Assembly (NCBI GenBank): GCA_964016885.1 | Contig: OZ024756.1 | Coordinates: 20,212,001-20,276,000, forward strand | From: Eledone cirrhosa | Taxonomy: Eukaryota | DNA: 64,000 nucleotides | Direction: 5' to 3' | Shown here: positions 43,545-61,147 of the stretch, piece after piece | Layout: every line of letters starts with the position of its first letter | Numbering within the stretch: the first letter of the stretch is position 1 | Notes under the pieces: generated by a model | Database searches by the model: none | What the model saw: the letters and a program-made list of their open reading frames with translations, nothing else | What the model was told of the DNA's origin: nothing | Translations under genes and position numbers: made by a program

Positions 43545-43979
43545 GTGTGTGTGCGTGTGTGTGTGTGTAAATGTTTTGTATTTAGTGTGTGTAGTATGAT
43601 TATTTTTTGTGTTATTGTCTTGTTTAGTTTTGTCGTCTGTTTTCCCATTTAGTCATCTTACTTTAAAGACATCCGGAAATTGCGAAATACATAAGCAACC
43701 ATAGAGATAAACGGGAATATAGATACAATAGCGGATAGATAAACAGCACACAGACAGACAGAGGGACATATAGATAGATAGGGGAGGGAGGGGGGAAAGA
43801 GAAAGAGAGAGAGAAGGAGAGAGAGGGGGGAGACGGGGAGGGAAGGCAGATAGACATAAAGATAGATAAATAGATACATAGAGAGACAGCTAAACAAATA
43901 TGTGTGTGTATATATATATATATATATAAAATATTAGACAAATAATGAATAAACAATTCCTTATATTAAACAAAAAAAG

Positions 43980-44134
43980 TTCATTATTTAACGATCGTTT
44001 CTAGGGTATATATGTGTTATAATTGGTATGCATATTCAACAGATCTATGTACAAAATTATACAAAATTATACAAATTATCAAGATTAAATATACATACCT
44101 AACACATATATACGCCGTCTTCAGAAATAATGAA
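43980..44134 (-). ncRNA. Type I hammerhead ribozyme with intact core and about 115-nt stem II
   Basis: Stem I TTCATTATTT/AAATAATGAA (10 bp), CTGAAGA (44124-44118), stem II GTATATATGTGTTA/TAACACATATATAC plus GGTATGTATATTTAA/TTGAATATGCATACC (G-U pairs), GAAA, palindromic AACGATCGTT, cleavage triplet GUU. Confidence 0.75.
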
Positions 44135-44943
44135 GTATATTTATTGATAATAACAACAATTCAAAATATCAGTTCAAAATTGACCAATGAAAACACAAAG
44201 GGTTAAAAGCAGTTCGGTGTGTGTATATACATGTAAAATCCTTACACATATTTTACAAAAATGTGTGTATAATTTGTATACGCATACTAAAAAGATGGAT
44301 GCAAACACAAAATTTCAAGGTTAATATCTCTGTAAGCTTAATGCGCTGATAAGATGCGCATTAATACTTATGGAGTCAAGCATATAAATATATTTTTTCA
44401 TACTCACACATATCAGTATAATCACACATACATGCGCGTATATGCATAAATATACACATAACCACGAACATACAAACACACACACTCCCCCACTCACATT
44501 TATATATGTGGATATAAAATCATAAGCACATAGAAATTAAGTCACTCACATAAAACACTGGCACACACATTTCAAGATCAAGATACAGAAATTAGGTGGG
44601 AGGGGGGGGAGGGGTCAGTATTCAATTGTCTGAGCAGACTGCCTAATATAAATGTATCTATAAATTAAGAAAAATAAAAAAATAAAACAATAAAATATAA
44701 TAAAATATACATACACATACAGATATATATACACATACATACATGTACGCGCACATAGAGATATTTACGCATACACACATACACACATACATATACAGTC
44801 ATACACACACATACACTTACACGAACATACACATACACATATAAAAAGATATATATATACACACACACACGCGCAACACATACACACATACACATATATA
44901 TAAAAAATAGATAATAAAGATATATATCCATATATATATATAT

Positions 44944-44992
<49 letters not shown>

Positions 44993-45071
44993 TATACATA
45001 TACATACACATACATCTAAATATACATACACATACATACACACATACATGTACATACATATACGCACATCG

Positions 45072-45108
<37 letters not shown>

Positions 45109-45434
45109 TATACACTCACATAGACATATAGATACATACACAAACAACTTACATACACACGTATATATATATATATAGATGTACCTTCATACATAGAATT
45201 AGATATATAATCATACATACATATGCACCTACTTATACTCATATATATAAATACATACGCTTCAACATATGTGTATATACATAAAAAAACAATACAACCT
45301 CACCAAACTCAGACATACAAATAAAAATAATAATAAAAAGGCATATATATATATACATACACACACGCATTAATAGAGATATATACATATACACACATAC
45401 ATACACATATATATATATATACACACATATATAT

Positions 45435-45491
<57 letters not shown>

Positions 45492-45682
45492 TAGACTCAT
45501 ACACATATATATATATATATATATACATAAACATATATATCCACACACTCATACCACCATAAATACACATACAAACACCCACATGTATATATATATATAT
45601 ATATCTACATACACACACGTATATATATATATATATATATACATATACATACATATATACACACACATAAAAAACAGACATG

Positions 45683-45771
<89 letters not shown>

Positions 45772-45881
45772 TACTCTTATATATACACATATTATATATA
45801 CATACACAACCTCACTTATACACATATACACATAAGTTATATTATAATAATAAAGAATAATATACATATATATATATACAC

Positions 45882-45913
<32 letters not shown>

Positions 45914-46030
45914 ATACATACATACACATACATACATACACATAAATATATACATACATAAATACACACATACGAAAAAAGACATATATTCACACATAGA
46001 CACCTATATATATATATACATATATATATC

Positions 46031-46077
<47 letters not shown>

Positions 46078-47222
46078 ACACACACACACACACACAGACA
46101 CACATACACACTCACATATATATATATATATATGTGTGTATGTGTGTGTGCGCACATACACATATATACACACACACATACAAACACACACAAACACATA
46201 CATATGTATAGGTGCACACACACACACATATATCACATAGATACGAAGATAAAGATATAAATAGAGAGATATACATATATATACACAACACACATACACA
46301 TACATACATACACGCATATACATATACATACATATATACACATATATATATTCCTATATATACAAGCATACACATACATACACATATATACACATACATA
46401 CACATATACATACAACACATTCACATACACATACATATATAATGCATATATATACATATATATACATACATATGTATGTACAATCATATATACACACACA
46501 ATCTTACATTCATATTTGCATGCTCATATATGTATTTTTATATTTAGATATAAATACCCAAACCCATATAGACACCTATCTACATATATATTCATACATA
46601 GACGCTTACAAATACAGATGATAATAGTATGGGGGAAAGGGGGGGTTTGGAGAAGGGGATCAAAGTAAATATATGTTTCAAGAAACATATAATATTTTCC
46701 GTATCTTAATTCAATGTATGTTCTTACATATTTTCAGTGCTAGGAAATACGAAATCTATGCATCTCAAAATAAATAAGTATACCATTAATCATATGTTAA
46801 CTAAACCAAAGATAGTCAACATATTGATTTCTAAGGTGTAAATTAGTTAGGTTTATAATATTTGAAGCAGAATTTTGAAGTCAAACAGTAGTAGATTATT
46901 AATTACATTATAACTAAATTAAAGTTAATAACGTTATGGTATCAATATTAGGAGATGAATTTAGTAATAGGGAAAAGAAACCCAAATAAAAATAAAATAA
47001 AGTATTACATCGGTAGTAGCATATAAATTATATGTTAACTAAATTAAAAATTATATATTTATTTCAATAGTATACGTTAATTAGTATATGTTAATTAGGT
47101 ATACAATACATAAAGCAGATATTGTATTTCATCAATAGCATAATATAATTATATGCAAATAGAAATCAAAATTAATACGCATACATGTACATATACATAC
47201 ACATACACATATACATACATAT

Positions 47223-47265
<43 letters not shown>

Positions 47266-47802
47266 TACATATATACACATATATACATACATACAGATAC
47301 ACATACACAACACACACATATACATACACATATACATATACATATCTTTTTCAAAAAATTGCACAGAATATATTAACTAGGTATATATCCAAAACACATC
47401 CCATTCTATGATTACATGACATTCTGCAATTCGTCTGTATAAGGATACTAATTTTAAGCAAATTAAAATTAAAATTTTTAGGTTGATTAAAACTAAAACC
47501 AAATAATAAATATATTTCCAAAATGTATATTAATTAGGTCTATAATACTAAAAATTATTTCTCCGTCATTGGATACATGATATTATTTTGTTATATTTTA
47601 TCTGTAAAAGAATTATAATAAAAGGTTTAAATAAATTAAAATTAATCTATAAATTAAATTACTAAGTATATATTAGTAATATTTAAAGGTTTTTCACAAT
47701 TTATGATTACATAATATTTTCTCATCTGTAATAAAATATTAATTAAATTAAATTTATAAGTTAACTAACATTTAAATTAAATTAATTTCTAGAATAATGT
47801 TA

Positions 47803-49126
47803 TTAATTAGGTTTATAATATTTAAATGTTTTTTTTAGTTTATGATTACACGATATAATTAATTCCTGTCGTTTATTTAATAAGATATCCTTAGACTTCA
47901 TTATTTCAAATAGTTCTTGGGAACATAATCTACATTCCTTTCTATTATTTTGATAAGGGGTGGCTCTTTTGAGCACACTCCAGGTCAAATCATATTTTAT
48001 ATTCTTATTTTTATAACTATTGATTTTTTCTGCTAGAGATGTTGTATTAGCCAGTGCGGCATTTTTAAAACTATGCTTGTGGGTATTAAACCTTGTCTTA
48101 AAATTGTTAGAGGTAGCTCCTATATATGAGCAAATAGAATCTTTAGTTTTAACATTACATTTATAGACTATGTTGTTAACAAGACAATTCCCTTTTAATG
48201 GGCAGTTTGTTTTGTTTCTACAGTTACATCCTTTCGTTAATTCTGTATTTGAGGAGATATTATTGTTAATTTGATGTACTGGTGGTATACTTATGGTTTT
48301 CTTACATTTATATGCATTATATGCACTTATATTTTGTTTTATGTTATTTGTTGTAGAGTATGAGAATTTAACTGTAGACCTATTTAAGATTTGATGGTAT
48401 TTGTGGTTTGGCGGGAAGTTTTTCTCAAGGATATAAAAAAATTTTTTAGCAATATTATCCTTAACTTGTAAATTAAAAGGAGCATTATACCAAGTAACTC
48501 GTCTATTACGGTTTCTATGTTGTTTATTATTTTTATTATTTTTATAGGTTGTATCATGATTTTTACTAGGAGGATTAATGTTAATGATCTCACCACAACT
48601 ATTTTTAGTTATATTTGTAGATTTAGGTGTTTTATCTTTTTTATTAGGAGTTTTATTATTAATATTTATTATAGCTGTATGATGAGTAGTTTTTTGAGGG
48701 TTACTATACTTTATATTAGAAGATTTAGTATTTTGGGGTATATTGTGGGTGGCATTTAGGTGTGTAGTTTTCATTTGGTGTTTGTTGGTAATATTATGCT
48801 GTATGCTTTCAGTATTTTTAGTAGAAGGTATATACTCTAATCTATTTTTGTGGCCACTTCTATCTAGAGCTTCATTATAAAAGGTCGCATTTTTATCAAA
48901 TACATCTTGGTTAGAAGAAAGGTTAGAAATTCTAAGTGATATATTATATGCAAGGTTTTTAAGGATAGATTTAGGGTGATTAGATTGTGAGTGTATGTAA
49001 TGTAAGTTTTGGTTAGGTTTATGGTAAGGTTGGTATATACCCGTAGCTAAATCTAAAGTTATATCTAGGAAATTTACTACTTTACTTGTTTTTTCAAAAG
49101 TAATATTAAGATTATAATAGTCTTTC
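47803..49126 (-). mobile_element. Second Penelope-like element (Naiad/Neptune-like): uninterrupted RT-thumb, linker and GIY-YIG frame, 5'-truncated; 3' UTR probably extends to about 43930
   Basis: VNFLDITLDL..YHKPN..YIHSQSNHP..RISNLSS is in frame with WYNAPF..FSYS..CNCR..CPL.G.C..IVYKC..YIGAT..FKTRF..H..CRLC..E..LLNKR.E...C.H. The clade assignment is from recall. Confidence 0.9.
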
Positions 49127-49386
49127 GGATCACCCTGCCCATCACATCATGTCTCCAGCCCTTATAGTGAGTCTGGGCTAGGTGTTTACACTCGGTTACA
49201 ATGTGAGCCACAGTCTCCTCTCTCTCTCCACAGATCCTGCGCAGTGGGCTAGCCCCCTCCTTGTAAATATGGTGTTTCAACCACTTCGTTTTGAGGGCCT
49301 GCTCTTGCGCAGCCATTAACATTCCTTCTGTAGCCTTTTTAAGGTCTCCTCTTTTCAACCAGTTCCATGTCTGTGGATCTCTGAAT
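49127..49386 (-). repeat. 260-bp exact copy of 50590-50849 (internal part of the neighbouring R4/Dong element)
   Basis: Base-by-base reading shows identity at offset 1463. Confidence 0.9.
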
Positions 49387-49707
49387 ATATATATATATTG
49401 TTATACTTAGGGAGGGTCATATTTGTGTAATATTGCCAGAATTAATAACAGAACACACTCACTGTTTGGTTGGTTTTCGCTTTTCCTTGTCTTTTATATC
49501 GGTAATCTAACTTACTCGGTCCTCAATGTTGCCATTGACTGACCGACGGTCAAAAATAATACAGATACAATATAGACACAAACACATATATATAGTTTAT
49601 CATAAATCTTTCGTTGCACATCTGCAACATCGTCAGTGGTGTTATTGTTTCCTCCTGTTGTATTGTATGTCTACGCCATTTTTATTCAGTCAAAAACCTC
49701 GCAAAAC

Positions 49708-49850
<143 letters not shown>

Positions 49851-50054
49851 GGTAAACAGAAATAACAACACAATCGGTACAGTATATGGAAGGTATATAT
49901 TAGGTTAACGCTTAATATAAATATATATATCTTCCGAAGAGATTGTTTTGGCAAAAACAGGAGCAAGCAGGAGAAAGCTCTCAACACTCGTAGTTTGTTG
50001 TTACGCGATTTATGTAACATCAGTATCTTTATTAATGTTATTATAATTATTATT

Positions 50055-52972
<2,918 letters not shown>

Positions 52973-53164
52973 GCAGATAGATATATAGATAGATAGTTAA
53001 AGAAAGAAAGAAAGAAAGAAAGAAAAATATATATATATATTGACAGTCGATCGACAAGATCCCGGACTCATTCGCATAACGAGTTGGGAGGAGCTCGTTC
53101 AAATCGGACCGAGGAAACAATGTTTCCATTTGTCTTTCTAATTGCTAATACTATCTGTCAGTCG

Positions 53165-53293
53165 AACTCCAAGCAGAAGGAGCAACGTGAAATAAAATGT
53201 CTTGCTCAAGGATATAACGCATCGCCCGGTCCGGGAATCGAAACCACAACCTCACGATTGTGAATCCAATTATCTAACCACTCAGCCACACGT
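53165..53293 (-). mobile_element. Diverged SINE family B fragment
   Basis: tRNA-like head GTGGCTGAGTGGTTAG..GTTTCGATTCCCG and core TCCTTGAGCAAGACA. Confidence 0.6.
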
Positions 53294-53384
53294 CTTAACC
53301 TTTATAGGAAAATAGACAGAAACCTTTTTTTTTTATGTCCTTGCCCTGCAGCTCCTTAAAAACATTGACAGTAACTAGGGGTAA

Positions 53385-53415
<31 letters not shown>

Positions 53416-53476
53416 CTTCTTCTTCTTCTACAACAACAACAACAACAACAACTACTACTACTACTACTACTACTAC

Positions 53477-53511
<35 letters not shown>

Positions 53512-53512
53512 A

Positions 53513-53561
<49 letters not shown>

Positions 53562-54193
53562 TATTAATGAGAAGAATTGAAATTAATACATGCTAGATTT
53601 CATAGCTCTAGCATCACTCCTTCATAGTCAATTCCCCCTCGTATAATCCCAGATAATCCAAAATTTGAAATAGAAACAACACTGGTTTAAGTTAGGGTTA
53701 ATTGTTTGCTGAAAAATTTCTGTTCAGTTGTCAGACTCCTCTTCTTGCAGTCTTGTTTCGAAAATGAAGATGACTTTAGGAAAATCGAAGAATTTCTCAA
53801 TAAGGCCAGATTATAGATTTCCGAATTGGTTGATGACCCTTTTGGTACTTAGAAGAAGAAGAAGAAGAAGAAGAAGAAGAAGAAGAAGAAGAAGAAGAAA
53901 AATGAAATTAAAGGAAAAAGATTAGTGAGGTTTGATGGGAAATGATAAAAATAAATTAGAAAATGTAATAATATGTAAAAATAAATAAATAATAAAATGG
54001 CATTGAATTCCAGTTGGCAACCAACTTAAGTAAATAGTTTCCATCTTAAGGGATTTATTTCTAAGATTTAGATTTAAAGATCGTATCGATTATCAATATC
54101 AATATTCTTTTAGCTAATTCTATAACTAACTGATTATTTTATATCTTTTCATTTTTTTTATTGTTGTTATTGTTGTTGTTGTCTTTTTGTCAG

Positions 54194-54279
54194 ACAAATG
54201 GACTATTGTAACATCCACCCACCCACCTTTTGTTTTCAAAGAAATTAGTGTTGTAAAGGAAATAAAGAACTGGCTTCAG
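54194..54279 (+). other. Candidate internal coding exon of an unidentified gene
   Basis: Acceptor TCTTTTTGTCAG, donor CAG|GTCAGT, open frame KWTIVTSTHPPFVFKEISVVKEIKNWLQ; no homolog recognised. Confidence 0.3.
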
Positions 54280-54396
54280 GTCAGTACATTACATTCAAGC
54301 AACTTGTATGTCCCAGCTTAATGTCTGTGTGTGTGTGTGGGGGGAACCAAAATCTTTCAAGATTCTGTTTTTTTGTTCGTTTTGGCGTTTTATCTA

Positions 54397-54564
54397 CCGT
54401 ATTTCCCGGCGCCGCAGACGCTTCGTCCTCGAGGACACACCCTAATTTTGACAACCAAAGATTTGAAAAAAAATAATAAACGACCTTCGGCCTCCAGGAC
54501 GCATGGTAGATTTTTTAGACTTATTTTAGGAAAAAAGTAGCGTCTTCGACGCCGGGAAATACGG
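54397..54564. mobile_element. Tc1/pogo-type MITE
   Basis: Perfect 15-bp TIRs CCGTATTTCCCGGCG / CGCCGGGAAATACGG with TA TSD. Confidence 0.9.
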
Positions 54565-54674
54565 TAAGTACAAAGTCCCATATATTTTAGGAAACATTAT
54601 GTGGCATGTCATAACATTTATGGTATTTCAAAGAGATTTAAGGGCCTCGTGTATGTATGTATGTATGTATCTAA

Positions 54675-54952
54675 AGTCTAAAGTCTGTCTTAAGCCAGAA
54701 GGCTCATTTGGCCGGTGCTTATCCCGGTTTCATGGCGTGAAGCGACTGAGAGTACAAGACTCCCCCCTGGACAGGACGACAGTCCATCGCTGAGTTAAAC
54801 CTCCAGCTATTGCTGGTAGTCATTTTCAGTTGAGTATACTGCAGTAACGTGAAATGAAGTGTTTTGCTCAAGAACACAACACGCAACCCAGGAATCGAAC
54901 CCACGACATTATGATCGTAAGTCCTACACTCTTACCACTAGGCCATGTGCCT
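54675..54952 (-). mobile_element. SINE family B, near full-length, within a (TATG)n tract
   Basis: Reverse complement of the head, core and 3' part seen at 12535-12805. Confidence 0.85.
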
Positions 54953-56287
54953 CGACATTTATGTATGTATGTATGTATGTATGTATGTATGTATGTATGC
55001 ATGTATGTACGTATGTATGTATGTATGTATGTATGTATGTATGTATGTATGTATGTATGCATGTATGTACATATGTATGTATGTACGTATGTACGTATGT
55101 ATGTATGTATGTATGTATGTACGTACGTATGTATGTATGTATGTATGTATGTATGTATGTATGTATGTATGTATGTATGTATGTATGGGAGAGATGACCC
55201 CTTAGCCTTTGTCAAGGCAGAATTCTAGGAGAAGGAAAACTCTGATATAACACCTGCAACCCTGATGGTATCCAATGATGTTGACTTGTTCTTCTTTTTG
55301 GTAAATATCATCTTGGTTAAGAGAGTGGGACTGGCTTTGTGCAGTGCCTTTGCTCACTATAAAAGCTTCACGGCACAGGCATTGCTTTATATCTGGAGAT
55401 CTCTCTGCACTTGTCGTCACATGGTACCATGGGCCCAGCACTATGTGTCAATAATTGTCACAAGTGTAGTGTTTGTACCAGAGCTTTCAAGTCGCTGGCT
55501 GGACTAAAAAGTCACACTCGTTCAGCGCATCAGTAGGGGTTCTCCTACATGGATATAAAGTAGTGGCCGTACTCGAAAACGAGTTGGCAGCCACCATGTA
55601 TGTATGTACGTATGTATTTATGTATGTACGTATGTATGCATATATTTATGTATTTATGTACCTTTTTATGTATGTATGTACGTATGTATATATGTATTTA
55701 TGTATTTATGTATATATTTATGTATGTATGTATGTATGTATGTATGTATGTATGTATGTATGAATGAGACCAGCTGAGCTCATGGGTGTTATCCAACCCT
55801 CTTACCCGAGGGTCTACATCTGGCTCTCCTGCAGTAAAAAAAAAACCAAAACACAACAACAATACAATAACAGCAACAATAAATATCAAAATCAATATAT
55901 CTCTCCGCGTGACAAACACCTCGCACAAAGAAAAAACACCAACAAAAACAATAAAAAAGAAAACAATAACACTTTTTTGCTTAATTTTTGATATAGATGT
56001 AATTTATTTCATTTTATAAATAAATTTAAAAAAATTAATTCAAAATATGTTGGTGGTGGTCGAAAAAAAATCATTTTACGTAGAAAGAAAATATTCAAAT
56101 GATAAAGTCAGGAAAATATAAAATATTACATGTAACAAATTCAGTTAGTCAGTTGAACTTATATAAAGAGACAAGGAACAGGTATAACTTATTTTGTATA
56201 ATGTTAGTTTGAATAAGTACATCTTTTTTAAATTTTATATATTACCAAATTGTCGTGATTGTTTCGGATAGATAAGTAGATAAGACA

Positions 56288-56335
<48 letters not shown>

Positions 56336-56411
56336 GGTACTGATTGAAGAAAGGTGGATAAACAGAGAGACAGACAGACATATATATAGATAGATTCATT
56401 GATAGATAGAC

Positions 56412-56443
<32 letters not shown>

Positions 56444-56554
56444 TGGCGGTGGCCCAAGATAGTCTCAGCCGGTTAGAACAGGTAAAAGAGTAATAGTGTA
56501 TAGGTAACAATAGAGATCGATACACTGATAATAGATTATACATATATAGATAAT

Positions 56555-56739
56555 TGTTTCTACTTTAGGCACAAGGCCAGCAATTACCCAGTGCATTACT
56601 GGTACTTTATTTTATCGACCCCGTAAGGATGAAAGGCAAAGTCAACCTCGGCGGGATTTGAACTCAGATCGTAAAGAGACGTAACTATGCTGGAAAGCAT
56701 GGCGTCTGACCCTCTACCGATACTGCCACTCCACCGCCC
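56555..56739 (-). mobile_element. SINE family A, full-length with TSD
   Basis: ATACATATATAGATAAT repeated at 56538-56554 and 56744-56760. Confidence 0.9.
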
Positions 56740-56820
56740 TCATATACATATATAGATAATATATATACATATATAGATATTAAACGGTTAGAAAGATAGA
56801 TAGACGAACAGCTAACTAGA

Positions 56821-56900
<80 letters not shown>

Positions 56901-56907
56901 TATATAA

Positions 56908-56982
<75 letters not shown>

Positions 56983-57049
56983 TATATATATATAAAATAT
57001 ACACACACACACACATATATATATATAGTATATATATATATATATATAA

Positions 57050-57133
<84 letters not shown>

Positions 57134-57226
57134 TTGTGTGTGTGTACATGTGTAAGGTGGTATATTCCTATGGGAAAAAACAATTGTCAGTGATTAAATG
57201 TCTTGAACTTTATGAGCATATTGTAA

Positions 57227-57432
<206 letters not shown>

Positions 57433-57450
57433 GTATATATACATACACAC

Positions 57451-57525
<75 letters not shown>

Positions 57526-57950
57526 ATAATTAGTACACGTAGATACACAAGTAAAGTTACGACAAAGATAGATAACAGACTAATTTATAAAAAATATATC
57601 CGTACACAAACATCAGACAAATAAAATAGATTAATAGACAGACAGATATATTGATAGAAAAGTGATCAAACAGAGCCACGGACAAATATTGATATTTTTT
57701 AAGCTTTGAAGATATAATTGACGTAAGACTTTCCAGTCTAGTATAGTTTCACAGTATTGAAATAAATTGTTCCTGACACAAACCCTGTTCACCACTAGTA
57801 CTATTTGTTAAACATTTTGAAATGATATTTTAGGTATAAATACATATTGTTTGTCTGTTTGTCTGAAGAGAACGTGCATGGTGGTTATTATATAACTACG
57901 AATATCGAATAAAATAAAACTGAACTAATAAAGCCGTCTCTCTTATTTAT

Positions 57951-58037
<87 letters not shown>

Positions 58038-58050
58038 GTATATATATATC

Positions 58051-58097
<47 letters not shown>

Positions 58098-58098
58098 G

Positions 58099-58202
<104 letters not shown>

Positions 58203-58242
58203 ATAAATAATATATATATATATGTATATATATGTATATATA

Positions 58243-58307
<65 letters not shown>

Positions 58308-58390
58308 AAAGTTCTATTTAAATTGTTGGGATACAACAAGTAAATATTTTTATAACTGATATAAAGCACTCAACAAATATTTGGAGTAAA

Positions 58391-58602
58391 AATACGATAT
58401 TAACAAATGGAAACTATATTTATAAAACTATATTTATTTCATTATACATATTTCAAGGACACCAAGTTAAATTATGGTGTGCTTTCATCAGTATATTTTA
58501 TCTGATGAAAGCACACCATAATTTAACTTGGTGTCCTTGAAATATGTATAATGAAATAAATATGGTTTTATAAATATAGTTTCCATTTATTAATATCGTA
58601 TT
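58391..58602. repeat. Near-perfect palindrome carrying a hammerhead motif in each arm
   Basis: Plus arm: CTGATGA (58502-58508), AAG-C-ACACCA/TGGTGT-C-CTT, GAAA, TATGTA, then AATAAA; mirror image at 58442-58491. Confidence 0.85.
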
Positions 58603-58733
58603 ATATATATATATATATATTATAGATATATATATGTGTATATATATTTATATATATACACACATAAATATATATATATATATAATAATGGAGCTGCGGC
58701 GCTGCAAATGGGTTACATATGAAAAAGTTCGTC

Positions 58734-58778
<45 letters not shown>

Positions 58779-58916
58779 AATTATATTATATATCTATATA
58801 TGTGTGTGTGTGTGCGTAGAGCCCGAGTTAAATCGGGGGTAACCACAGTAAATAAAGTACTCAATACATTAATAGCTTCTGGACTTCAATACCTAATATA
58901 GAAATGGTTTCTACAG

Positions 58917-58950
58917 GACTAGAACTGTTTCTTTCGTATGAAATCATCAG
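58917..58950 (-). ncRNA. Minimal hammerhead motif with canonical core
   Basis: CTGATGA-TTTC atac GAAA-GAAA-CAGTTCTA-GTC; homologous to 29889-29922; 5' side folded back by a short inversion. Confidence 0.6.
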
Positions 58951-59212
58951 AATGATTTCATACGAATAAAAGAGTTCTGTTGTCTTAACTCCATTCCTGC
59001 ACCAACCACGAGATACCATATCTATGATGGATGATTTTCATAACGTCGAGTGCTTTAGATTAATACATCATGTTTTGCTAACTCGAATAACCAAAAGTAT
59101 CCATTAGGTAAGCCATCCAACATAGACGGTATATATATAATATTTACATATATGTATATTTTTTTATATGTATCGATATATATGTATATCCATATATAAA
59201 TAACATATATAT

Positions 59213-59280
<68 letters not shown>

Positions 59281-59287
<7 letters not shown>

Positions 59288-59507
59288 AAAAAGAGATGAA
59301 ATCGAAAATGCAACTGGAGTCTTATTTTTTTTTTTTTTTAAATATATATATTTATTTGGTTCCTTTACCGGTTTCGCAGTTCTTCTGCTTTTGAAAAGCA
59401 GAAGAACTGCGAAACCGGTAAAGGAACCAAATAAATATATATATTTTTTTATAAAAAAAAAAATAAGACTCCAGTTGCATTTTCGATTTCATCTCTTTTT
59501 CTTTATA
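59281..59507. repeat. Palindrome centred on a hammerhead-like core, with single-copy tail to about 59568
   Basis: Centre at G59393; plus strand CTT-TTGAAAA-GCAG aagaa CTGC-GAAA-CCGGTA-AAG then AATAAA; TA arrays on both sides. Confidence 0.8.
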
Positions 59508-59561
59508 CTTTGACTCGTGTAGGACACCTCGGTTATTTTTCATTTTGTAAAAAAACCTCAC

Positions 59562-59673
<112 letters not shown>

Positions 59674-59965
59674 TATATATATTATAAAAAGTAATAGCCA
59701 ACCAGTTTCAAAATTAATCCATCCTGATTTATATATATATATATATATATTTGTGTGTGTGGAGGGGGGGGGTCGTGTGTGTGTGTGTGTGTGTGTATGT
59801 GTGTGCAAGTTATTCATTTCCTTGAAATCTTAAATAACAGAACCACGTGACCAAAATGAACCTCATAATTTGAAGATTTAATTTTCATTGTTATATATAC
59901 TGCAACACCAAAAAATACGAAGAAAACATTTTCAATACTCACTTTTATATATATATATACATAAC

Positions 59966-60149
59966 TGTTTCTACCTTTGGCACAAGGCCAGCAATTATCC
60001 AGTACATTACTGGTACTTTATTTTATCGACCCCGCAAGGATGAAAGGCAAAGTCAACCTCGGCGGGATTTGAACTCAGATCGTAAAGGGACGTAACTATG
60101 CTGGAAAGCATGGCGTCCGACCCTCTACCGATACTGCCAATCCACCGCC
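59966..60149 (-). mobile_element. SINE family A, full-length with TSD
   Basis: TTATATATATATACATAAC-type duplication on both sides. Confidence 0.9.
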
Positions 60150-60611
60150 TTATATATATATACATAACGGCGTTTATTACGTTTCGAGTCACGTAAAGGG
60201 GGGAAGTAACTCCAATATTATTGGTAGCTACTCTGTTGGTTATTATATACTGTACATGTGACACCCAAGAGAACTGCAAGTAATTTGAAACTGCACGTAG
60301 AAAATAATCAAAACACAGAATTTCATATATATATGTATATGTAAATATGCATATATATATATTATATATATATATATATGATATATGATATATATATACA
60401 CACATATATTATATATATATATGTGTGTGTATATGTATATATATATATATTATATATGTATATATATATATATATGTGCCATATATATATATATATATAT
60501 ATGATATATATATATATATCACACATATATATATATATACATATATATACACGTCATATATATTCATATATATATATAAATATACGCATATATATACATA
60601 TATATATTTCC

Positions 60612-60642
<31 letters not shown>

Positions 60643-60659
60643 TATATGACATATATATA

Positions 60660-60690
<31 letters not shown>

Positions 60691-61147
60691 TGATATATAT
60701 ATATATGATTTATATATATATAACATATGTATATATATTTATATATATCATATATATATATATATCATATATATATATCATATATATATATCATATATAT
60801 ATATATCATATATATATATATATATCATATATATATATTATTGAAAACAAAAGCCTCTGTGTCTGCTCACCAGTGTTGCGTGTGTAGATGTCTGCAATTG
60901 GTAATTTGTTCGGTGTGTCGCTACTATTTAAGCAAACGTTGAACGAAAATATGTTTTGTTTTTCCTCTTCCAGATTGTTCAATGCAAAGTCTATCACATA
61001 TAAATATCTACATTTAAAAATAAACGTAGTTTGGGTTGTTTTTTTTCTTTCTTCTATATTTTGAACATTTTTACCATATTCAATGCATTTAATTCGACTG
61101 AAACTGAAAATATTAGCTGTAATTAATCATGTCACACGAACATACTA

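Noticed and set aside
47803-49126. Selenocysteine-encoding PLE, as reported for some Naiad elements
   Set aside because: No in-frame TGA in the retained frame; the Cys positions use normal codons.
55188-55835. Possible RTE 5' UTR-like repeat interrupted by (TATG)n
   Set aside because: Only the short motif GGAGAAGGAAAACTCTGA is suggestive; boundaries and family cannot be established by eye.
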